A stretch of 64,000 bases of DNA from positions 3,038,001 to 3,102,000 of the forward strand of contig CM022668.1 in the NCBI GenBank assembly GCA_012295275.1. The letters run 5' to 3'. Under the pieces are notes generated by a model that worked only from the letters and a program-made list of their open reading frames with translations, did no database searches and had not been told where the DNA came from. The position numbers and the translations under genes are program-made. This DNA is from Chrysomallon squamiferum (Eukaryota > Animalia > Mollusca). Shown here one piece after another: positions 1-16,711 of the stretch; positions within the stretch are counted from its first letter, which is position 1; the number at the start of each line of letters is the position of its first letter.

Positions 1-258
1 GAGGGAGGGACAGGCAGCGCCCTGAAATGGTCTCCTTCCCCGGGCATCCTGATTTCTGTTTTTTGATGTCCTCACTTGGTCAATTCAAAAAAAAAATGTT
101 TTGTTTTTATTTATTTATTTATAAAGGAAGTCTGGGAGCTCCTGTCATAGGGTAACATAGGACAACAGAACTCTTTGCCCTTGTATACATTAGGCCTTCG
201 TCTGTCTGTCTGTCTGTCTATCTGACTGTCTGTCTGTCTATGTAAATATCTGTATATA

Positions 259-341
<83 letters not shown>

Positions 342-433
342 GTGTGTGTGTGTGTGGGGGGTTAAAACAATAATCACCATTAATTCTATGCAATTTTGTT
401 TTTTCAGAATCTCACAGGTTTGTTCACACAAAG

Positions 434-1712
434 ATGACAACATCAGAAAATGTGAAAAACAAAACAAAGAAATTCGTCTTCTTTGTTTGTCTGTTTTGTG
501 TCGCGTACTTCGTCTGTTTCGCCTACGTGCATCGTTTACCTTATTTGTATTTTTCTTCTTACAATTCCACGAATCTCAGACGTCAAGTTGTTCCAGATGT
601 CCTCAAGTGTATGACGTCAGGCACGTGGAGAACGCGAAATCTGACGTCACAAGAACAACGTGAAATTAATACATTTTACAAAAATAGCAGAGATCATTTG
701 CCGAGTGCCACAGACTATCAAAGACCTGACTTGAAATGTGGAAATGTCACTTACACCGGAACTAGTTACAGGAAATGGTTTCGTGTCCTCTGCAATCCAG
801 GAGGACAGACGCCATGTTGTTTTAATAACAAATGTGTGAACAAAACCGTGGAAGAGTGCAGAGGACCTTCGAACTTTGACCTCAGGTCGCGTATTCATGC
901 CGAGTATGCCACCTGGGTTCCAAGTGACAAGAGATGTTCTGTGAAGTTCTTCGACTCTCAGTCTGGCTGCAGTGTGTTAGAAGGGTGGACCATCTACGTC
1001 ATCGGCGACTCCTTAATGCGGCAGTTGTACACGGCGCTGTTGTTGATTTTGACTGGCAACTACAACACTGGTGCTTTCAAACCAAATACACCCAAAAGTA
1101 GGTGCTTTGATACTGATGGAGGAATACTGTGATAAAAATAATAACACTAAATAATGAAATCACAATATAATCAATTTGGTTTGTATGCGCGATGTGTTTA
1201 TAGGAGAAATAAAAAATGAATATTAATTTCTTTAAGTTCTTTATTTCTACATGTGTCATGTCTGTATCACATACAGTGTACTGAAAAGAATCATAATAAT
1301 AAACTTTTCTTTGGTAAATAGTATATTTTATATGTTTTTATAACTTTTTATATTTCAACTCATCATTACTTTGAGGATAAAAAAAGTGTCACGAAATTAA
1401 AAAACAAAGCTTAAAAAAAGTGTCCTTTTCTTTTTTGAAATCTGGAAGTGGCTACATATCTTGCTCTTTACGTCTTTCTTGATTTAGTATACGTACAGAT
1501 GCCTTTTTTATTTTAGGGTTAGTTTCATTTACAAATTATATCATAATGAAGGGATAACAAGATAATATAATATAATACTATAAAAGATGATACTGAATGT
1601 TTTAATTTAACTAGATCACTAGACTTGTTTTTATCACACGGTGTAATAACAATAACAAATTGATTGATTTTACAAATCTGTTAGACAAAAGCGAACTGAG
1701 GTAGTTTCATCT

Positions 1713-1809
<97 letters not shown>

Positions 1810-1851
1810 TTCTGTCTCATATTTGTCTGTGTCTGTCTCTATTTTTCTCTG

Positions 1852-1917
<66 letters not shown>

Positions 1918-2601
1918 GTATCTGTCTGTATTCTTTGTCTGTCTGTCTCTCTCCCTTCATCTTTACATCCATTTTATTTACGCAAACACTCTGTGTAAAT
2001 ATTCATTTTACTTCTTTTTTTGTTGTTTCAAATATTTTTTTCAGAAATATTAGAACAGTGTAGTGGAATGAATATTTTCCCACACAAAGCCTGCCGCGAA
2101 TACATCGACTTTCAACCAAAACTCTGCAACGGCAACGTCACCCTTCAGTTTAAACACTACGCGTCATCAGAATATGGCTTCTTCCTGTTTACCACGGCTC
2201 GTGAACTCAAGTGGAAGAAAAAGTCGATGATGTTTGTTGGCGTTGGTATATGGGACAACTACGTTTACGACACTGTCGTCAGCAAATACGTGAACGTCAT
2301 GCTAGAAGGTCTGCGAGGCAACTACAGCGAATGGCCAAAAGTTTTATGGTCGTCAACGCACAGTCTCGGTATCTGGAGATACCCGTATGTGAAAACCATT
2401 GACAATGATCACGGTAAAGAGTTCAACAACAAAATGGCTGCCTACTTACGTGTGTATGATATACCAGTGTTTGACACTTTCAACGTCACGGATGGAGTTA
2501 TGAGCATAGACGGAACTCACTTTGGAATGGGTGTAAACTTGCTGAAAGCTCAGATTTATCTTAATTACATGAAACAGTTGAAAGACAAGGGTCGCTGGTG
2601 A
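434..2601 (+). CDS. Type II membrane SGNH/PC-esterase-like protein (CASD1-lumenal/NXPE/TBL-like O-acetyltransferase or esterase), subtype A; exons 434-1097 and 2045-2601, 406 aa
   Basis: ORFs 434-1132 and 2020-2601 join in frame via a phase-1 intron: donor AAAA|GTAGGT at 1098, acceptor TTTTTTTCAG| ending 2044, total 1221 nt. Basic N-tail (KNKTKK) then hydrophobic anchor FVFFVCLFCVAYFVCFAYV, then CMTSGTW, W-x-P-x-x-x-x-C, IYVIGDSLMRQLY (GDS at 1004-1012), GVGIWD and SIDGTHFG (DxxH at 2509-2520). Several NxS/T sequons. An acceptor TTTTCAG at 401-407 implies an upstream 5'UTR exon. Confidence 0.88.
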
Positions 2602-2624
2602 TGTTGTTAATGATTTTAAAACTC

Positions 2625-3370
<746 letters not shown>

Positions 3371-3441
3371 TAATTTGTCATTCTCTCTAACTATTTATTT
3401 GTTTGCGTGCTTCATAACCTATCAATCTACAAACTTTGTTG

Positions 3442-3543
3442 TACCTGACTCCAAAAATGGGTGTTTACCTGACTATAAACATGGCTGTTTACCTGTCTAC
3501 AAACCTGGGTGTTTACCTGACTCCAAACCTGGGTGTTTACCTG
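3442..3543. repeat. 24-bp minisatellite, ~4 units (TACCTGACTCCAAACCTGGSTGTT), downstream of subtype A gene
   Basis: Four diverged 24-nt units with the same flanks as the long arrays at 27.1 and 49.2 kb. Confidence 0.85.
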
Positions 3544-3719
3544 TCTGTGCCAACCTAACACATATGTATGTATATGTTTCTATTTATGTCTCTCTGTGTG
3601 TGTATGTATGTATGTATGTGCGTATGTGTATGTGTGTACGGAATTATTTATATGTATATACGTCTTTACTGACGTATCTGTTTTACATGATTATGTAAAA
3701 TAATAGATATTTATCAATG

Positions 3720-4032
3720 TGTGTTGTTGTTGTTGTTATTATTATATTATATTATTATACCATTATATTAATCATCATCATCATCATGGTTGTTATTAGT
3801 ATTGTTGTTCTTGGTTTCATTATTATTATTATTATTATTAACACCACCATCATCATTATCATCATCAATATTTTTATTATCATTGCTATTGTCATTGTTG
3901 TTGTTATTGTTATTATTATTGTTATTATTATCATTATTATTATTATTATTATTATTAGTAGTAGTAGTAGTAGTACTAGTAGTAGTAGTAGTAGTAGCAG
4001 TAGTAGTAGTAGTAGTATTAGTAGTAGCAGTA
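3720..4032. repeat. Compound trinucleotide microsatellite (TTG/TTA/CAT/TAG); paralogous blocks at ~26560-26950, ~48570-49000, ~55385-55765
   Basis: Visible repeats; source of the poly-I/L/N/S pseudo-ORFs. Confidence 0.93.
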
Positions 4033-5214
4033 TTATACATCACTCACTTATATGTGGTCTGCTTCGATTTCTAAGGTTAAAAGGATTTTTTAAATATTGG
4101 CTTCAAGGGATTTAAAAACATTTCACTGCCAGTAAAAAGTGTGCCACAAACAGCAAATGTGTGTGAGTGGATAACTGGTACAAACAGCGTATAAATATGT
4201 CTTCAAACAACGCCGCCAGTGTCAAATCTATTTCTACACGTCACCCTATTTTACTTTATTTTCACTTATGTGTACGTGACTGACAGACAGATAGACAGAC
4301 AGACAGACATACGGACGGGCAGACAGATAGATAGATAGATAGATCGATAGATAGACAAAGAGAGATAAACAAACAGATAGAAAGAAAAATACATATATAC
4401 ATAAATACATACATACATATATGTCTGTATGTGTACGTATATATATATATATCTCTGCCAATCGATCTGTCTGTCTATTTCTCTGGTACATGATTCTGCA
4501 AATCCATTTTGTTACTAAGCATTTTGTTACAATCTCAAATAACGCCAAATGTTAGGATTAATACTTACTCTGTTAAATTAGAAGTTATCCTAGCAAGATA
4601 TTTTTAAACGTGTTTTTAAAATAAAAAATATGTAATTTCCCAAATCGAATCTTGTTCTGTTTGTAATGTATGTCGAAGGTTTCTGGTTCTACTTTCCAGA
4701 GGTCTGTTTTGGCTTCTGAATTTTTAAGTTTCAATGTGAAATTTAAAGTGAAATCTCTGCTCACTTTTTAAAATTCATTTATCTGATCTTTTTCTTGCAC
4801 AACAACAAATACTGTATAGAATTTATTACCACTGTTGGCCAAATGGCTCTGTGAATGTTTACTTTTTTCTGTTTTTTTTTAATTGTTTTATGTTACTGAG
4901 TTGTCTGTGACTTTCCTCTGATAAAACATCAGCTGCTGATTCTTTGTTTACATACATAATTTCAGTTTGTAAATATTTACATATTTTTTCGGAAACACCT
5001 ATTCCTTTTCTAAATCATAATTCGCCCCTGTGTTTAGTAATTTTGACAGACCGTTTCGCTTCGCTGATTATGACCTACAAACTAAAACTAAAGTGCGTAA
5101 GGCTCGAGGCTTGTAAGTTATCGGTGACCTATTTGAGCCAGTGATCTATACTGGACTGTTACGGTTGATAGGTTTTACAATATATACACATACAGGTTAT
5201 GAGTTAAAAAATAT

Positions 5215-8872
<3,658 letters not shown>

Positions 8873-9521
8873 AGAAAGAAACACATATACCTAGTCACAT
8901 ACATACATATGTTCATATATATATACACACATATACGAACATTCCTTAACGCACGAAAACTCACACACACAATACAGGCAAATACACACAAACCTTTATG
9001 CATGAATATATATATATATACGGAAAAAGTTCAGCAAAAAGATTTGTCATTTTATTATTATTATGAGAATAGATGTTGCAAGGGACATAATTCTGAAAGA
9101 ACAAACTAAATAGTTGTTGAAGATTTGCCTCCCTTTAAATAATCCGCATTATTCTAATACATTGTACTGAACGAAATGTAATCTACAAAGTTTGGCGGAT
9201 ACTGGGTTATGAGTTGGGGTGGGGGTGGATGCATGCGGTCAGTAATACATTGTATAGCTGAGAAATGAAATATTGTTGTGACGGCTGCCAGATATTTTAA
9301 AACTGCACTCAGTCATTGTTATACTTGTTATACATTAAAATACTCAGGATAAATGCAAATAAATGCATTAATAGGTATATAAAAAAACAAAAACAAAAAT
9401 AAAAATAAATAATAAAGAAGTAAATATAGAAATATTAATATATTAAATAAACAAACAAATATATAAATATTAATATATTAAATAAACAAACAAATAAATA
9501 AATAAAGAAACAAATAAAGAG

Positions 9522-9589
<68 letters not shown>

Positions 9590-10508
9590 TTCACTATTCT
9601 TACTAGACTCTTTGAACTCAGAGCTGGAGATGAGGGAGAGAAACGAAGGGACGGAGAGAGAGAGAGAAAAACAGAGTTAACATAAAAAGAAGAAAATACA
9701 AAACCTGTCCAAATCCAGTGAGAGTAGATTTTCAGACAGAAACATTATACAGGCAATCGTCTAAAACGAATTTTATCAAATCGGCTGGACCGAAATTACA
9801 CCAGCAAAATCTAAACTGATTAAAAAGAAAACTGAAATTTAATCTGAATTCTGGTAAAAGAAATGAGTTATGTACAAACATGACAGATCTAACAGGAAAC
9901 GACAACTTACTAATCATTATTAATCTGAATTAATTACTATTAATCATTGATAAACATAGAATATTTTTAAAAATAGTTAATATACATCTGCCAGATCACC
10001 GTTTTCAAAAAAAGAGACAAATTGTTGAACAAGATACTGGTTGAACAAGATACTGGTTGACCTTGAGAAAACAACATCAGTGAGGAATGGTTTTTCAGCG
10101 TGGATTGACTTTTTCATCTACCCTTTTCAGTCTTTTACTACGCTTTTTATAATCGGTTACAACACTTAAATGCACATTTCATTGTTCTATGTCTAACTGC
10201 TTTTATTTCTTTATGCCACAATAATTTTTGAAGCTTCTGAAATGTTTATTACGTGTTAAATTTCTGACCGTTTTTGTAGATCGGGCTATAAATTGTCGGT
10301 TTCTGGTAACAGGCGAGCTTTTACTCAATGCTTCTTTATGTTTATTGCTTATACTTATTATATCAGATTTTTCCCTCATCACATTACTTACCTGACTGAA
10401 AGTTGTCTGTTTCTGTTAATCTCACGTTCCTTCGTTTTAACTAATGTTTAGTTTTATCAGCTGGTTTGTTATTAAAGTGTAATGACTGTTTTATTGTGTT
10501 TATTGTTT

Positions 10509-11873
10509 GAAACGTAGATGTTCCGATCCACTGCACACGAACGATAGGACAAAACTATTGTCAAATAGTCACGCTGATCGTAATTCAAGCCGGTGTCAGA
10601 GAATATTTGTTTTCCACCATTATTGATTCCCCTATATAAAAAAAATGCATTATCTAATGTCTAATATAATGAGGTTTCATCAAGAATATTCTAAAATTTT
10701 ACTTTTCTTTTATTTTATAATTATTTCTTAAATTTATTTTCATTTTTATTATTATTTTTCTTCTTACTGACTTATGACGTTATCTAATTGTCCTTGCAAG
10801 CTGTTGTCAACATAAACGATTTCGCAACCGGCTGAAACTTTCACACAATCAAAGGAGATGAAACAAATTTAGTTAAGACAAACAGTATGACAACATCTCG
10901 TGTGCTTTCGGAGATATATTAAGGCATAACTGAGAGCTCTTATTTATAAAAAAAAAAAAAAAAAAAAACAACATAAATCAGTAAATAAAATAGTGTTTTC
11001 CAAAAACACAGAAAGAAATACCTAAATATTATTTTATAAACACGTCTCTATAATAAAAATGAAAATAATTTCCCCTGGCGACTGAGAGCTGAAACTCCTG
11101 CTCCATAAGAAATTTCGATGTGATCACGTGCATGCTTACAAATGTACAGCTGATCCCGTCCCGTCTAATGCCAGCGATTATCTATGTCACGTGACTGAAA
11201 CTGCACGTTCCTTTTGACTTGACAGTTCTATTTAGTAATGCAAAACAATGAGGTTGAGGTTATATTTCATTACGGTTATAGAAGTTAATCGATATTTTTT
11301 TTTATAAGATGGTTTGTCTAGTGTTGATTCAGAACAATCCTGAAAATCAAAACCGCTAATCCGATTATACGCTAGTTCATATGCTCCATTACATTCGACT
11401 TTGTCATAAAATAAATAAAGAAGAGATAACGAACAACGATCACAGCTGTGCACTCAATATTACATACTGTCACAGCGGTCACAGAGACAGACTGATACAA
11501 TATTTGTTTAGATTTCGTTTGATTGTGTGAAAGTTTCAGCCGCTGTGAAATCGTTTATGTTGACAACAGCTTGCAAGGACAATTAGGTAACGTCTTAAGT
11601 CAGTAAGAAAAAAAAAATAAAAAAAAAATTAATAAAAAATAAAAATAGATTTAAATAATAATTATAAAATAAAATAAAAGTAAAACTTAAGAACATTCTT
11701 GATGAAACCTCATTATATTAGACATAAGATAATGCATTTTTTTTATATAGGGGAATCAATAATGGTGGGAAACAAATATTCTCTGACACCGGCTTGAATT
11801 ACGATCAGCGTGACTCTTTGACAATAGTTTTGTCCTATAGTTCGTGTGCAGTGGATCGTTACATCTAGGTTTC
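10509..11873. repeat. Inverted repeat: ~360-bp arms (10509-10868 / 11501-11873) around a ~630-bp spacer; second copy at ~35195-36645
   Basis: GATCCACTGCACACGAAC...CAAGCCGGTGTCAGAGAATATTTG...GAAACTTTCACACAATCAAA and its reverse complement. Confidence 0.92.
11122..11212. promoter_or_regulatory. Candidate cis-regulatory motif cluster (two CACGTG E-boxes including the palindrome GTCACGTGAC at 11186-11195) in the inverted-repeat spacer
   Basis: GTCACGTGACTGAAA is exactly kept in the diverged paralogous spacers (~20580, ~42669, ~61668). Function is inferred only. Confidence 0.3.
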
Positions 11874-12079
11874 TGTTCCGTAATTATTTTCTTAAGTGGA
11901 CGATTTTTTCCTGTGACATTCAGTTACAGTTTAGTGGGTAGTCATTTAGTCTTGGACACGACAGAAGCTCAACAAAAATCCAGAGTTTGATTTAAGTGAA
12001 TAGGTAACATTTGTTTATATAAAATTTCATTATGTCACTGGTAGTTTATTTTGTTTTATTTTATTTTCATTTGAAGGAA

Positions 12080-12182
<103 letters not shown>

Positions 12183-12186
12183 ATAA

Positions 12187-12226
<40 letters not shown>

Positions 12227-12574
12227 CATAGGAATTGTAATAGTAACGATAATATCAGTAATTATAGCAATAAGAATAATAATTATTATTATAATTCTAA
12301 GAATTTAATATTGACATAATGTGTGTTTGAATGTTCATATATGCTTTACTGGGACGACCTACTTGTCATGTATGGAATATTTTGTGATATAGTTAAAATA
12401 TATAACTTTTATTACAGTAAATATATACTAAATTGTATCAGTGTTACTGTATAAAAGTAAAATAAAATTGAAGTTTACTTTGTCTCAACTGACAACCTGT
12501 TACAAAACAAATACAGATCGTTTGGATAATATCATACATTCGTTTTTCAAGCCCGTTTATTTTCCTTTGTTACC

Positions 12575-14545
12575 TCTTTGAATTTATATGTGTGTTTTAT
12601 AATCATTATTAATAATTATTTTCAAACTTTTAAATTATCTTACAATTATTTATTATTTATATATTTATTAATGTTTGATTATTATTATTATTATTATTAT
12701 TATTGTTATTATTATTATCAAAATTATTATTGTTATTTTTATTATTATTATTGTTATTATTGTTATTTTTATTATTAGTATTGTTATTATTGTTATTATT
12801 ATTATTATTGTTCTTATTATTAATATTAATATTATTATTATTTATTTATTTATTTATCTACATTCCACTTGAATTTCTTTTTTATTATGTTAAAACAAAC
12901 ATCAGTGACTATCCACCATCAACAATTAAAAACAAAACAAAACAAAAAAACTGTTGTTTTAAAACCTAATGATAACAACACAGCAACAGAAATGCCGACG
13001 ATGAATGTGATAAACACCTTTTATTTTCACATGTTCGTACGTACTGTTATCTTTAATACATATAGTTCTATTTACAATTGTGTGTTGTTGTGTTGTTGTT
13101 TTGTTGTATTTTATCTTTTTATTATTTTTGTTTGGTTACTATTTTTTCTTTTATTATTATTTTTTGCTTCAATTCTGTAAAATGGAGAACATCGTGTATA
13201 ACGTCTCAAAATAGATTTTTATTGGCTATCAAGCCGAGAGACGGTTTCACAAGACCGTTGTCCGTAATTACCGAGTAGCTATTTCACCGGTTTCGAAATA
13301 TATTTATATCTACAAACACACGCATATATATATATACGGACACGTACACACTTATATGAACAAACATAGCATATATACATTTATGTATATATTTATACAC
13401 ACATATATGTGTGTATAGATATATATGTAAAAATATATATATACAGATATATTTATACATGGTGGTTGTTGTTGTTATTTTTGTTATTACTGTTATTATT
13501 ATGAGATAAACGGATCCAGTGTGAATTCATTGTCAGTTTGATGTCTCAAGTATTAGAAATCAGCTGATGGACAATTCAGACTGGTAACTTTCTGACCTGA
13601 TTCTGGCCATATTTAAAGATGGTGGCCTGATTTTTGAAAGTATATATCAGAAAAATGGTAAATCTTCGATCACATTTACTAGAAACATGAGTTTAGAATA
13701 TTTTTTTCTGTATTCATCATTATTGTTCTATATTTTCTAATAGATTTACCCAAATTAGGCAGATTGTCGGAAAAGGGCTGAAATGTGCGTTTTTTAAATT
13801 ATATATATATTTTTTTTTTTTAGTATATACCTCCATAAGCTTTTTATAATTATAAATTAAAGCGTCTTGGTGCCAGTTTTCGTAATGAAAGGTCTAGAGT
13901 GGTTTACAAGACATCAGCAAGAATTATTAAATGAGGTTCTTTTGAATTTGTTTTTAACTTTTACGCAACATTTCTGTAACTTCAGATCTATCTAACAAGT
14001 GACAAATAATATAAGAAAATCTGTCATTTGACACAGATAAACAGTTTATAGTTTTGCAAAAATAATAATAAGAATAAAAAAAAAATAAGAATAAAAACGT
14101 ACGTACGAACATGTGAAAATAAAAGGTGTTTATCACATTCATCGTCGGCATTTCTGTTGCTGTGTTGTTATCATTAGGTTTTAAAACAACAGTTTTTTTG
14201 TTTTGTTTTGTTTTTAATTGTTGATGGTGGATAGTCACTGATGTTTGTTTTAACATAATAAAAAAGAAATTCAAGTGGAATGTATATAAATAAATAAATA
14301 AATAATAATAATATTAATATTAGTAATAATAATAATAACAATAATAACAACAATAATAATAAAAAAAACAATACAAATAATAAAGATAACAACAATAATA
14401 ATAAAAGTAACAATAATAACAATAATAATTATATTAATAATAATAATCAAACATTAATAAATATATAAATAATAAACAATAATAAAATAATTTAAAAGTT
14501 TGAAAATAATTCATAATAATGATTTATAAACACACACTTAAATTC
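12575..14545. repeat. Inverted repeat: ~450-bp arms (~12575-13043 / ~14098-14545) around a ~1.05-kb spacer; second copy at ~32245-34505
   Basis: The identical 59-aa spurious translation (MNFFFIMLKQ...HMFVRT) appears on + (12869) and - (14274). Confidence 0.9.
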
Positions 14546-15108
14546 AATGACAACAACAACAACAACAACGATAATAATAATAATAATAATAAAATAATAA
14601 TAACAACAATAACAAATAACAACAACAATAATAATAATAGTAATAACAAAAATAATAATAACAACCACAATAATAGTAGCAGCAGCAACAACAACAACAA
14701 CAACAACAATAATAATAATAATAAAATAATAAAACAATAATAACAACAGCAATAATAATAATAATAGTAATAACAATAATGATAAAAGTTATAATAATGA
14801 TATGATAACAACTGTAACTATGATGATGATGATAATAATAATAATAATTTATAATAATAATACTACTTAACAGCAGTAGCTGTAGCAGTAGTAGTAATGA
14901 TAATATAATAATTATATTAATAACGACAACAACAACAATAAAATTAATAACGATTATAACAATAATGATGATAGTAATGGTAATAATTATAATAACACTG
15001 TTGTTATTATTATTATTTTTCGTTTAAGTACTTTTGGCAGCATTTCTGATTTAAAGAAAGTTAAAAGACGTCAGTTTTTATTGTTGTATGTTATCCTACA
15101 TCAAACGT

Positions 15109-15208
15109 ACACTGACAGCAAAACTATAAACACTGACAGCAAAACTATAAACACTGACATCAAAACTATAAACACTGACAGCAAAACTATAAACACTGAG
15201 AGCAAAAC
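15109..15208. repeat. 21-bp tandem repeat (ACACTGACAGCAAAACTATAA, ~4.8 units) ~1.5 kb upstream of B1
   Basis: Directly visible; gives the TDSKTIN periodic ORF 15081-15278. Confidence 0.92.
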
Positions 15209-15453
15209 CGTTACGTCACGTAGTGGTCTTGTATTGCTGATAAGTTTTCCGAAGATCGCAAAGATAAAACATGTATAGTGACTGGTGAAAGAGGAGATAC
15301 TGAATACGACTGTGTGCAGAAATTGACTGATAAGAAGTAAATTATTCTACGTTAGCCACCTCATGATAAAAAAATTAGACTAATGATGTTGTAGGATTTG
15401 TTTTTCCTTTGGCAATGAAAGTTAATAGTACACGCGGCTAATGAAGTATTCGT

Positions 15454-15525
<72 letters not shown>

Positions 15526-16530
15526 AAAAAAGAAAGAAGAAAAAGCGCAAAAGTGAAATCATTTGTGAGAGACATAGTACATGCATTTTGTTCATACTCA
15601 TTATATATTCTAGATTACCTGTATGCTCAATAATATTTTTTAAAAAAGGTAATAAGAATAGCAATTAGAGCAAGAATAAATTCAGTATAACCACCATCAA
15701 CAACAACGACGACATCAGTAAGAATTACGACTTGATGCTACACTTGGCTGCCTTTTTTTTTTTTATATCACGTGTGACTAGTTCCATTACAACAGTCAAA
15801 GTTGCTTTGAGCGAAAAGTTATAAACCTTTAATATGTGTGTATATACGTTTGTATTTGTTTACAGCATTTCTTCGGGGCATAAAAATAAAAAAAAAAACA
15901 CAAGAAAAGACAAAAACAACATGTTGGGTTTCGCAGAACATGTCTAGTTTTACTTTTCTCAATTTTACTCTTTGTAAGAAAAACTTTGATATTCTCAAAC
16001 CACAGAGACATAAATTCACGCTGATCAGATACAACATCAAATGTTGAACTGCATTTATTTATTTAAATTAATTGTTACGTTTATGTTTTTTTCTTTCTTT
16101 TGTTTCTTGTTGAATAAAACATTAATTATTGTATGGACACTATCTAACAGCAGAAACAAAGAAAAACAAACTCACTTAATAGGCAAATTGGAAACATTTT
16201 CATTGTTTCCACCATAACCATCATCGTCTTATTGATCCAATTCTAATCATAATTTACACTGGAAAACATTCTCAGTATGTTACCGGTTTGTCTAGTTAGT
16301 CAGAGGGAGGGGGAGGCGTCGCCCTGAAATAGTCTCCTCCCCCGGATTTCTGTTTTCTGATGTCCTCACATGATTAATTTAAAAATGTATTTATTTATTT
16401 ATTTAATTATTTATTTATAAAGGAAGTCTGGGAGCTCCTGTCGTAGGGTAACATAGGACAACAGAACTCTTTGCCGTCGTGTACATTTAGCTCTCCGCTG
16501 TCTGTCTGTATGTCTGTCTGTATTTCTGTA

Positions 16531-16601
<71 letters not shown>

Positions 16602-16711
16602 GTGTTTGTGTGTCTGGGTGTGTGAGTGTGTGTGTTCAAATAATAATCTCCATTATTCCTATGTAATCTGTTTTAGTTTTTTCAGAATCTCACACGTTTG
16701 TTCACAAAACG

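Noticed and set aside
647-898. Antisense and alternate-frame ORFs overlapping the genes (647-898, 346-663, 2211-2402 and their copies)
   Set aside because: Shadow ORFs of the real coding sequence with no independent support.
1098-1132. Treating 434-1132 and 2020-2601 as two separate genes
   Set aside because: Canonical splice sites join them in frame in all copies, and the GDS and DxxH halves of one catalytic domain lie in different exons.
3717-4115. Poly-I/L/N/S/Y/ER/SL ORFs here and throughout the window
   Set aside because: Translations of di- and trinucleotide microsatellites, open in several frames and on both strands.
10024-10060. 16-bp direct duplication TTGAACAAGATACTGG
   Set aside because: Simple slippage duplication, absent from the copy at ~37095; no sign of function.
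10509-11873. Calling the 360-bp inverted repeat a MITE or foldback transposon
   Set aside because: No target-site duplication seen, and one arm is continuous with flanking homology in the paralogous region, which favours local inverted duplication. It cannot be excluded without a genome-wide search.
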